Part shown: in pieces, positions 13,849-24,759 of the stretch
How positions within the stretch are numbered: position 1 is the first letter of the stretch
Layout: the number at the start of each line of letters is the position of its first letter
NCBI GenBank assembly: GCA_964016885.1
Contig: OZ024742.1
Coordinates: 223,882,001-223,946,000 of the forward strand
From: Eledone cirrhosa
Taxonomy: Eukaryota
Direction: 5' to 3'
DNA: 64,000 nt
The notes under the pieces: generated by a model
The model's database searches: none
The model's input: the letters and a program-made list of their open reading frames with translations, nothing else
What the model was told of the DNA's origin: nothing
Translations under genes and position numbers: made by a program

Positions 13849-14406
13849 TATCATGATCATCATCATCATCACCATTTTACATCTGTTCTTCCACGCTAGC
13901 ATGGGTTAGACGGGTTGTCCTGTTGTGGGCAGTGTCTGGTCGGCTGACCTTGTCTTGCTCATACGGGAACTGATTCTGGCTTGATTTCTACAGCTTGATG
14001 CCTTTCCTAACACCAACCTCATTTACAGTAAGTCCTGGGTGCTTTTTTTTTTTGCCGTGGCACCTCCACGACCACTTTGCAGTGGAATGATAGGGATCCC
14101 AGTCCTATCATCTCTTCTACAGCTGAGTAAACTGGAGCAATGTGAAATAAAGTGTCTTGCTCAAGGAAACAACACAGCATATATATCATTGGCAGTATCA
14201 GGTGAAATGAAATGTGACAGGCAAGTAGTGCAACACTTCACACACTGGCTGCTGGACAATGACTGATGCTTCCAGCAAGCTTGCAAAAAGTTTTGCATGC
14301 AGCTAGACTCTTTACATTTTTCTCTCCCTATCATCATTACTTTCCACAGGAAAAAATATACTCATATACTTTTTTGATATCTCTAATAAATTTCGACTTT
14401 ATCTCA

Positions 14407-16200
14407 TTTTCGTGGAGAGACACCTAACCTCGCCAAATAATGGCGACATCAACGGATGCGGGATTGGCCCCCGTCCCACGCAACGCTTCCGTCGTGGAAA
14501 CTACTCGCCGTCGGGACCCCCGAGTTGGGGCGGGCAGAACTAGGTCCTGTCGGGCCTGGGAGCTTTCTTGACAGCCGGGGTACGACCCTCCGCTTGGAGC
14601 ACTTGGCAGACCTAAACTGCGCTGTCTAGTTCCCAAACCGGGCCTGTGTTCGACCTTGTCAGCAAGACACGACGTTTGGGTATCCGTCGTGACTTGTCGG
14701 GATCGCGGCCAGAGCCGCTTGTCTGTTCCGGTTGTACAAGCCAGTTTACGCGTTATCCATACGTCCGGGGAAAAACTCCGCCGACCCCGTAGGGAGGGGC
14801 GTACCAGTGCGACGTCGCGTTTGTCCCCGCCTCGAAGGGTTGCCGGTGCCATTCTGTCCCAGCCGAGCTTCCTGTCTGTGGGAGGGGAGCTCAAGGCCGG
14901 TCACAGACGCGTCGGTATGTGGCGGGGATCTGTGTCTAAAACAAAGAGTGGGAAGCCGGATCGTTGGCGTCTGGAACTCACCGGACGACACTCGACCCGA
15001 TACGGGGGAGTTCGACCAAGGCGAGCTCTTGTTGCGGGGAAGACGCCCCCGATAGGCTCATTGGGTCTAAAACAAAACAAGGGAAGTCGTCTCGAGGGCG
15101 TCTGGAACTCACCGGACGACACTCGGCCCGGTGTGCAAGTGGGTGAGCTCAGCCAAGGTGAGTTTTACGGGGAAGACGCCCCCGATAGGCTCCAAAGGAT
15201 CTAATACAAAGGGCGGGAAGCCGGTTCGGTGGCGTCTGAAGCCCACCGGACGGCACTCACCGGGCGCGCGGAACGGCCGAGTTCGGCCAAGACGGGGGAG
15301 ACGCCTCGGAAAGGCTCAGTCACGCAGCATTTTCATGGTGTTGACCAAAGTGTGCCTACAGAGGTACCTCCGGAACGCGCTGCTTCCTATCCCAAGAACG
15401 TTCAGTGCCGCCTCGGCCCCAGCAGACCAGCTTCCGCATGCCTCGATCGGACATCCGTGCACAAAGACCGCCGTCTGGGGATCGCTACCCCGAAGCGATT
15501 CCGCCAGCGGGGAATATTTTGCCACCTTCTCCTCGGCCGCCCTCTCCAGAGCCGAACCCTGCTCGAGTTGTATCGTCACGTCTACCACGACTATCAAACC
15601 CGGCTTACTAAAAACCAGATCAGGGATCAACCTTCGGCCCCTCACGAAGAAGACCGGTTCCTCCACGACCGACCATCCCGAACGCTCTGCCTCCTTCCCG
15701 ATCCACCCACACACCGCGTTGTGCCTGTGGATCGCGCGCGCTTGAGTGTCGGGCACACTCCGCTCAGATGCAAGAGCAACTCAACTCTCGCCCCGCATCT
15801 TCTACACGTCCGGTCACCCCCCCCCCCCCCTCGCGAGGCACTCACGCGTGGGGAATGTGTTCGTACGGACCTTCAAACAGCACAGAAACGCCCATTCAGG
15901 GAGACGGCTGGAGCTGCCCCCGCATAACCAGTCGTTGCCTTCGGCGTTTCCGCGATAAGCGCCCGCACATACCCCCTGCACCGGCTGCGACTCCCATGCG
16001 CGCGAGTGGAACGCCCGGATACCGGGGTCATAAGGCAACTCTGGGTCCGCCGGCGGCACGGGCAGCCCGTATTTGGTGGCGATCTAGGCGCACCTCGTAC
16101 GAAGACCCGCCATGGACGCCAGCACACGGACCGCCTCCGAGCTGGAAACTTCGAGTCGGCGGTAGAGCCTAATCACGTTCGCTGGGATCGACCTCGCTAG
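14407..16200 (-). mobile_element. 5'-truncated R2-clade (R2-A-like) non-LTR retrotransposon: zinc knuckle, restriction-like endonuclease and long 3' UTR; frameshifted
   Basis: Joined frames read NDWL...LKVRTNTFPTRECLARG...CRRC-x8-H-x4-C...RARIHRHNAVC...PDLVF...VVDVTI...AAEEKVAKY. The block is GC-rich in AT-rich DNA and ends in ...CCACGAAAA. Confidence 0.85.
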
Positions 16201-16417
16201 TTCATGTTTTTTTTATGCAAGATATTCATAATGTTATATCATAACATTATCTGTATGAGTACCTTCTGATTTTGCTATTTTAATGTTAAATTTACATTGA
16301 GGAGTTATGTATGGTCAGCGAGTTGATATTTTCTATATCAATATAATATCATTGTATATATATATATATAACCAAATAAAGAGATATATGTATATATATA
16401 GAAAATATGTATATATA

Positions 16418-17966
16418 TAGAAAACTAGGTGTTGACGAATGGCTTGTGAGAGCTATACAAGCCATGTATAAAGAAACAGTTAGCAAGGTTAGAATTAACA
16501 ACGAATATAGTGAAGAGTTTAGCGTAAAAGTTGGTGTCCATCAGGGCTCCGTTCTTAGCCCCCTACTATTTATTATTGCCCTTCAGGCTATAACAGAGGA
16601 GTTCAAGACCGGCTGCCCATGGGAACTCCTATACGCAGATGATCTAACGCTCATAGCTGAATCAATGGCCGAGCTAGAGAAGAAATTCCAAACATGGAAG
16701 CACGGCTTAGAATCAAAAGGCCTTAAAATTAACCTGGCTAAGACTAAAGTTCTAGTTTGTAGGAAAGAAAATAAGGCGCTGGTCCCTTCTGGGAAATGGC
16801 CATGCTCAGTGTGTAGGAAAGGCGTAGGTAGAAACTCCATTTTATGTCCCAAATGCAAAGTATGGGTGCATAAAAGATGTAGTGGGATCACAGGTAAGCT
16901 AACTAAGAACACAGATTTTACATGTGGCCGGTGCTCTGGTGCAATAAGTAGCAGCAAGTGCTCACAAAATACTAACTCTTTCAATTGCGCAGAGGGTTCT
17001 ATAGAAATAGTGGACAGCTTCCGTTACCTGGGTGACAAAATCAGCAGTGGGGGAGGGTGCTCTGAAAGTACAGTAGCTAGAGTCAGAACTGGATGGAAAA
17101 AGTTCAGAGAGCTTATACCACTATTAGCCGCTAAAGGGTTCTCCCTAAGAATGAAAGGCAGGTTGTATGATGCCTGCATACGAACAGCAATGTTGCATGG
17201 CAGTGAGACCTGGGCATTGTGTGCAGAGGATATAGGCAGACTAGAGAGGAACGAAGCTTGCATGCTCCGCTGGATGTGTAATAGTAATATACGTGAACAG
17301 CAAAGCATAAACGAACTAAGGAAAAAATTAGAAATAAGAGGGATCAGATGTTGTTTACTCGAGAGAAGGCTACGTTGATATGGTCACGTGATGTGCATGA
17401 AAGACGACAGCTGTATAACAAAGTGCAGGGCAATAAAGATAGATGGTAGCCACGGAGTAGGCAGACCCAGGAAAACCTGGGACGAGCTGATAAATTCCGA
17501 CCTCACACACTTACACCTCTCCAAGACAATGTCACTGGACCGAGACCTTTGGCGGTACTCAGTAACAGAGAAGACCCGCCTTACCTAAATACAAAGTAAA
17601 ACCTACTAGTCAGTAGGCATCTCTAACAAAATACACCCCCGTCCCACCCCATCCACACCGCCCCCTTCAATGCAAAGTTATGTTGGTGTCACAACATCCA
17701 GGCCGAAACAAATGAGGTTGTGTAGGTGTCACGACAAAAAAACACACAGTCCACGCTGTAATGTGACCATGTAGGCAACACGGTAAAAACCTCCCAGCCC
17801 CACACTGTAAATGTGGTTGGTGTTAGGAAGGGCATCCAGCTGTAGAAAACCCGCCAGACAGTCCTATGCGAGCAAGACAACCACTCTTGCCTCAAGTGGG
17901 AAAACCCCCGTCCAAACCCATGCAAGCGTGGAACAGGGACGTTAAACGATGATGATGATGATGATG
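16418..17966 (+). mobile_element. 5'-truncated RTE LINE (family B) with SINE-like 3' UTR and (GAT)n tail
   Basis: [19 protein letters not shown]-like Cys/His cluster, FRYLG; premature stop at 17378. Confidence 0.95.
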
Positions 17967-18087
17967 ATATAGAGAGAGAGAAAGAGCCATATATCACACA
18001 AGAAACACGGTATATTGTATATATAACAAATAGATATTCTGCAGAGGAATACATACATATATATATATATATATATATCCATCTACA

Positions 18088-18380
18088 CCTAAAGTTATGT
18101 TGGTGCTACAACATCCAGTCCTAAATAAATGAGGTTGTGTAGGTGTCACAACAAAAAACACACACTCCACGCCGTAATGTGGCCGTGTAGGTAACACGGT
18201 AAAAATATCCCAGTCCACACTGTAAACGTGGTTGGTGTTAGGAAGGGCATTCAGCCGTAGAATACCCGCCAGACAGTCCTATACAAGCAAGACAACCAAT
18301 CTTGCCTTAAGTGGGACAATTCCCATCTAAACCCATGCTAGCGTGGAAGATAGACGTTAAACGACAATGATGATGATGAT
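18088..18380 (+). mobile_element. SINE / RTE family B 3' UTR fragment
   Basis: Similar to 17675-17966; ends in ccatgctagcgtgg...gatgatg. Confidence 0.85.
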
Positions 18381-18472
18381 TATGTATGTAAAAGGTAAAC
18401 AGAAACAACACAACCGGTACAGTATATGGAAGGGATATATTAGGTTAACGTTTGATATAGCAGGAAGAGGGA

Positions 18473-18507
18473 CTTAACGCTTCGGACGCTAGCCCTTCAT
18501 CAGAAGA
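18473..18507 (-). ncRNA. Hammerhead motif copy with GAAA mutated to GAAG
   Basis: UCUU-CUGAUGA-A-GGGC(UAGC)GUCC-GAAG-CGUUAAG; same repeat family as the 6463 and 23686 motifs. Confidence 0.55.
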
Positions 18508-18711
18508 AAGAATGAGAAATAAGATAGATTGAGAGGATGAGCGGGTTGGAATTGGAAAAAATGTCTTTAGATAAAAATAACAGGTCCATTCATGTTGACA
18601 TCTCTTGCAAAACTGTTGGTGCTGGCGTTTTGTGTATGATTTATTTTTTAGAGATGCTGTGCTGAATAGGACCCGTCCCACCCTTGCAAGCAGGGAAAAG
18701 CGGACGTAAAA

Positions 18712-18742
<31 letters not shown>

Positions 18743-19022
18743 ACGCGTCTACCTGAAATGGAAAAAAAAACGTTTCGTAAAAAGAGCTATACTTGTGCAC
18801 GTGCATAAGCATGTGTGTGTGTGTGCACGCTTATGTGAGAAAGTATACGTCTATGTACTATTAGGTATATGCGCGTGCTTGAGTGTGTGTATGTTTATGT
18901 TCTGGATATTTATCTATATATTTTTTCCCCTAATTCCTTTTTGCTCGTTTTTTCAGCCTCACTTTCACATTTCCTAAATTTTGTTTTCAAATCCATATTT
19001 AATAAAAACACCATGTTATTTA

Positions 19023-19082
19023 TTCATTCTGACGACTGAAGACAGACATAACATTGCCTTCAAGAAACCACTGGTAAATGAA
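19023..19082 (+). ncRNA. Type I hammerhead ribozyme motif
   Basis: UUCAUU-CUGACGA-[C UGAAG...CUUCA A]-GAAA-CCACUGG-U-A-AAUGAA: 6-bp stem I, stem II UGAAG/CUUCA, quasi-palindromic stem III, GUA triplet. Confidence 0.7.
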
Positions 19083-19176
19083 ATAATTATTTGATGTTGT
19101 TTATTACATAACTAATAAGCTCTGTAGCCTACATAGACCACTCTTTTTTCTTGTACCTTTCCGACGGAAATACTTC

Positions 19177-19265
<89 letters not shown>

Positions 19266-19266
19266 C

Positions 19267-19337
<71 letters not shown>

Positions 19338-19339
19338 TA

Positions 19340-20215
19340 CAGGGTGTAGACGATATTTGTTCGCAATTTTCAACTGCTAATTTTATGCAAATTTTTTTTA
19401 CTTCCGATGTCACTCTTGTCTTCATAAAAACAGTGACTATATTTCCACTATTTATTTTCAGAATAATTGATTATGAATAATTTGTGGAAGAGACACGGAG
19501 TTCTTCTTGGAATCCGCGCCGGGAGGACAAATAAGACCAGAAGATCAACTCCCAGAACAACAAGTTGCATGCTGTCTCATCCAAAGATGTGCCCAGAGTC
19601 ATGCAGACAAAGTTTCCAGCGACAACTTTGGTCTTAGGTGTCGTAAGCAGTCAAGGTGACGTCGTGCCACCTCACTTCTTCCCTGAGGGCCTCAAGCTCA
19701 ACACCAATGGCTACATCCGCGTTCTGAGCGAGGTAGTAAAGCCATGGATCGACCAGGTAGCTGCAGGTAGGCTGTACGTGTGGCAGCAAGACTCAGCGCC
19801 CTGCCATACCAGCCGAAAGACCCAAGCCTGGCTGTCAGAGAACTTCGTCGACCACACTTCACCTGACATCAGGCCCACCAGCTCGCCTGACTACAACCCC
19901 CTCGACTTCTTTGTGTGGGGCGCAGTGGAACGAGACACCAACAGATCTAGCTGCAATACGAAAGACGATCTGAAGGCCAGGATCACAAGTGCCTTTAGGG
20001 GCCTAAGTCGGGGGACAGTGACGAAGACCTGTAGCTGGTTCCGAGGCCGCCTTGAGGCCATCATGAAAGCCAATGGTGGGTTTATCAAATGAGATCGAAA
20101 GAACAAGTCATGAAGAGAAACTGACCCAAGTTTGATCAATAAATCTTAAAAAATAAAACTACTGTGTTATTTTTTCCCAGACAGTAATCTTGTGAACAAT
20201 GTCGTCCGCACCCTG
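19340..20215 (+). mobile_element. Internally deleted maT (DD37D) Tc1/mariner transposon
   Basis: Imperfect TIRs cagggtgtagacgatatttgttcgcaa / ttgtgaacaatgtcgtccgcaccctg with TA flanks. ORF 19565-20092 has WQQD...SPDYNPLD with 37 residues between the second and third catalytic Asp. Confidence 0.9.
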
Positions 20216-20321
20216 TATATATATATATATATACAAAACCAGCAGAAGGGGATTTTTTACAACCACTTTCTTAAACACCCTTATCTTGATGTCAACCTTC
20301 ACCATTTTCTGTGTGTATATA

Positions 20322-20357
<36 letters not shown>

Positions 20358-20644
20358 TTAATTCCTTTAAATCTTCATCAACACTCATTAACACCACACC
20401 TCACACCCCAGACACATCCAAATCTCTCTTATATATAGTCACACATCTCAACACAACCTGATCTCAGTTTGACAATCGCCACCGAAAGTTCTCCAACAAA
20501 GTTAACGAGGAATCTTTAAAATTCTGCCCACCGAAGTTAACAAAGAACTTACTAGATCTACCAACACATAATATTATAATATTATAAAATTAAATCAAAT
20601 TATTTAGCACTACAAGTGAAGTCATTCTTTTCCTTTTTTTCAAA

Positions 20645-22355
20645 TCATCATCATCATCATCATCAACGTTTAACGTCCGTGTTCCACGCTTGCATGGGTT
20701 TGGATGGGGGTTTTCCCACTTGAGGCAAGAGTGATTGTCTTGCTCGCATAGGACTGTCTGGCGGGTTTTCTACAGCTGGATGCCCTTCCTAACACCAACC
20801 ACATTTACAGTGTGGGGCTGGGAGGTTTTTACCGTGTTGCCTACACGGCCACATTACAGCGTGGACTGTGTGTCTTTTTGTTGTGACACCTACACGATCT
20901 CATTTGTTTCGGCCTGGATGTTGTGGCACCAACATAACTTTACATTGAAGGGGCGGTGTGGATGGGGTGGAGGTGGTGGGACGGGGGTGTATTTTGTTAG
21001 AGATGCCTACTGGCTGTAGTAGGTTTTACTTTGTATTTAGGTAAGGCGGGTCTTCTCTATTACTGAGTACCGCCAAAGGTCTCGGTCCAGTGACATTGTC
21101 TTGGAGAGGTGTAAATGTGTGAGGTCAGAATTTATCAGCTCGTCCCAGGTTTTTCTGGGTCTGCCTACTCCGTGGCTACCATCTATCTTTATTGCCCTGC
21201 ACTTTGTTATACAGCTGTCGTCTTTCATGTGCATCACGTGACCATACCAACGTAGCCTTCTCTCGAGTAAACAACATCTGATCCCTCTTATTTCTAATTT
21301 TTTCCTTAGTTCGCTTATGCTTTGCCGTTCACGTATGTTACTATTACACATCCAGCGGAGCATGCAAGCTTCGTTCCTCTCTAGTCTGCCTATATCCTCT
21401 GCACACAATGCCCAGGTCTCACTGCCATGCAACATTGCTGTTCGTATGCAGGCATCATACAACCTGCCTTTCATTCTTAGGGAGAACCCTTTAGCGGCTA
21501 ATAATGGTATAAGCTCTCTGAACTTTTTCCAACCAGTTCTGACTCTAGCTACTGTACTTTCAGAGCACCCTCCCCCACTGCTGATTTTGTCGCCCAGGTA
21601 ATGGAAGCTGTCCACTATTTCTATAGAACCCTCTGCGCAATTGAAAGAGCTAGTATTTTGTGGGCACTTGCTGCTACTTATTGCACCAGCGCACCGGCCA
21701 CATGTAAAATCTATGTTCTTAGTTAGCTTACCTGTGATCCTACTACATCTTTTATGCACCCATACTTTGCATTTGGGACATAAAATAGAGTTTCTACTTA
21801 CGCCTTTCCTACACACTGAGCATGGCCATTTCCCAGAAGGGACCAGCGCCTTATTTTCTTTCCTACAAACTAGAACTTTAGTCTTAGCCAGGTTAATTTT
21901 AAGGCCTTTTGATTCTAGGCCGTGCTTCCATGTTTGGAATTTCTTCTCTAGCTCGGCCATTGATTCATCTATGAGCGTTAGATCATCTGCGTATAGGAGT
22001 TCCCATGGGCAGCCGGTCTTGAACTCCTCTGTTATAGCCTGAAGGGCAATAATAAATAGTAGGGGGCTAAGAACAGAGCCCTGATGGACACCAACTTTTA
22101 CGCTAAACTCTTCACTATATTCATTGTTAATTCTAACCTTGCTGACTGTTTCTTTATACATGGCTTGTATAGCTCTGACAAGCGATTCGGCAACACCTAG
22201 TTTTCTAAGAGCCCACCAGATAATGGAACGGGGGACTCTGTCGAAGGCTTTCTCCAAGTCAACAAAAGCTAAGTATAGGGGTTTACTTTTAGCTAGGTAC
22301 TTCTCCTTTAGTTGTCGTACAATGAAAAGAGCGTCTGTGGTACTTTTGCCTGACA
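20645..22355 (-). mobile_element. 5'-truncated RTE LINE (family B)
   Basis: ORF 21037-22365 has [20 protein letters not shown] and the PHD insert; (CAT)n tail at 20645. Confidence 0.95.
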
Positions 22356-22399
22356 CAAGACACAAACCCGATATTTATATATATATATCTACATACATG

Positions 22400-22462
<63 letters not shown>

Positions 22463-22468
<6 letters not shown>

Positions 22469-23103
22469 TGTTGTTTACTCGAGAGAAGACTACGTTGGTA
22501 CGGTCACGTGATGCGCATGAAAGACGACAGCTGTATAAAAAAGTGCAGGGCGATAAAAATAGACGGTAGCCATGGAGTAGGCAGACCCAGAAAAAGCTGG
22601 GGCGACTTGATAAATTCCGACCTCACACACTTACACCTCTCCAAGACAATGTCACTGGACCGAAATCTTTGGCGTTACACAGTAATACAGAAGACCCGCC
22701 TTGCCTAAGTACAAAGCGAAGCCTACAGTCAGTAGGCACCTCTAACAAAAATACACCCCTGTCCCATTACCCCCACCCCATCCACACCACCCCCTTCAAT
22801 GTAAAGTTATGTTGGTACCACAACATCCAGTCCGAAACAAATGAGGTCGTGTAGGTGTCACAACAAAAAAAAAAACACACAGTCCACGCTGTAATGTGGC
22901 CGTGTAGGTAACACGGTAAAAACCTCCCACTCCACACTGTAAACGTGGTTGGTGTTAGGAAGGGCATCCAGCTGTAGAAAACCCGCCAGACAGTCCTATA
23001 CGAGCAAGACAACCAATCTTGCCTCAAGTGGGAAAATTCCTGTCCAAACCCATGCAAGCATGGAAGATGGACGTTAAACGATGATGATGATGATGATGAT
23101 GAT
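22463..23103 (+). mobile_element. RTE family B 3' fragment with 3' UTR
   Basis: [15 protein letters not shown]...KTRLA stop, then the SINE-like UTR and (GAT)n. Confidence 0.9.
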
Positions 23104-23118
23104 ATATATATACATATA

Positions 23119-23325
23119 GCTGGGTTTTTTACAGTATACTTTACTAGCTATATATATATATAAACGTTTGAATTTGTAAAGCCAAACAATGCAGGTTTGG
23201 ACATTGTTTGTCTTTACAAATTCAAACATTTATACCTCATTACACAATGCTTCAAGTGAACTATAACTTCCTCCATATATATATATATATATATAGACAG
23301 TAAAGTATACTCTAAAAAACCCAGC
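23119..23325. repeat. Nested inverted repeats (27-bp outer arms; about 33-bp inner arms at 23159-23233)
   Basis: Outer gctgggttttttacagtatactttact / agtaaagtatactctaaaaaacccagc; inner aaacgtttgaatttgtaaag...ctttacaaattcaaacattt. Confidence 0.85.
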
Positions 23326-23528
23326 AAAAGATATATCTAGATATTATGTCATGAATATAATTTGATAGTCAGAACTAACTAAACAAAAGACATTGAGTGT
23401 TTATGTAACACTGTGTTGTGTACAAAGGTTAGATATTATCTTAGCAATGTCACAATAACTAAAAATGTAAACATAAACATAATAATCATATGGAAAGTTT
23501 ATGTGTAGTTGTGTAACAATAACCCTTA

Positions 23529-23559
<31 letters not shown>

Positions 23560-23685
23560 TGGAGTCAACTCATATTCAATATATATATGTGTGTGTAAGT
23601 AAAAGGTAAACAGAAATAACAACACAATCGGTACAGTATATGGAAGGGATATATTAGGTTAACGCTTGATATAGGAGGAAGAGGG

Positions 23686-23721
23686 TCTTAACGTTTCAGA
23701 CGCTAGTCCTTCATCAGAAGA
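23686..23721 (-). ncRNA. Minimal type I hammerhead ribozyme motif in dispersed repeat (about 23595-23960)
   Basis: UCUU-CUGAUGA-A-GGAC(UAGC)GUCU-GAAA-CG-UU-AAGA; stem I UCUU/AAGA. Confidence 0.72.
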
Positions 23722-24237
23722 AAGAATGAGAAATAAGATAGATTTAGGGGACTGGCGGGTTGGAATTGGAAAAAATGTCTTTAGATAAAAATAACAGGTC
23801 CATTCATGTTGACATCTCTTGCAAAACTGTTGATGCTGGCGTTTTGTGTATGATTTATTTTTTAGAAAAGTGGATGATGGAGCGCGTCTACCTGAAATGG
23901 AAAAAGAAAACGTTTTGTAAAAAGAGCTATACTTGTGCACGTGCGTAAGCATGTGTGTGTGTGTTATTATACATCTGTACAAAGCTAAAAAGAAATGTGT
24001 GTGCATGTAAGTGCGAAGCTGTGAGCAATAGTATGTTAATATAAGGGTGTGTATGTGTGTATACAGAGCTTTGAAGGGAAAAGTGGAGTGAGCATATATA
24101 GTCGGTCTTTATTAGTTATAAGAGAAGATGTTAATGATCAAGAGAGAGCGATAGGAATCTAGGGGTGAATGTACAAGCGCGTGTGATAATGGACGGGGTA
24201 TTAAAGAAATTGGGGAGGTGAGTTGAATCCAATATAT

Positions 24238-24420
24238 ATAGGAACAAGTAGGACCCCGACGGCTGAGCTCAAGCCGTTTCAACGGCTAATCCAGAATTAG
24301 CCGTCGAAACGGCTTGAGCTCAGCCGTCGGGGTCCTACTTGTTCCTATTACCCACTCTACTACCCTAAGTATTGAGTACTTTGGTGCGTTATGGTCCATC
24401 TGGTTCCTTACCACATCTCC
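24238..24420. mobile_element. Hairpin-terminated element with an approximately 110-bp near-perfect palindrome (24238-24347)
   Basis: ataggaacaagtaggaccccgacggctgagctcaagccgtttc...gaaacggcttgagctcagccgtcggggtcctacttgttcctat. Confidence 0.8.
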
Positions 24421-24759
24421 TTCGTTATATATATATATATATACCGTCAATATATCATCACAATTTTTTCATTTTTTCCTGCTAGCAAGAGTTGGCTCTC
24501 TCATCACAGACCGGTCAGCACTCAAGTAGAACCGCTGACCACCAGGTGGGCAAGCAACCTGACATACATGCTGCATTCTACCAAATGCTTTTTATCATGG
24601 AATCAACAAGTTGTCATGTCCTTAACACAGATGAAAAATCTCAAACCTTTGTTTGGCAGGTTTTGCATGGTTGAACGCTCTTCCTATTAACGACTACTTT
24701 ACAGAGTGTACTGAGTGCATTTAAGATATAGATCACCAACTGTAGGAAGGTTGTTATGT

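Noticed and set aside
14385-14423. Resemblance to U5 snRNA (ataaat..ttcg.cttt...cgtggagag) at the R2 3' junction
   Set aside because: The invariant loop GCCUUUUAC and the Sm site are missing, and part of the match is the element's own terminus.
14424-16200. Plus-strand GC-rich ORFs (182, 204 and 232 aa) and a possible bacterial contaminant
   Set aside because: They are antisense or UTR frames of the R2-like element, and high GC explains the lack of stops.
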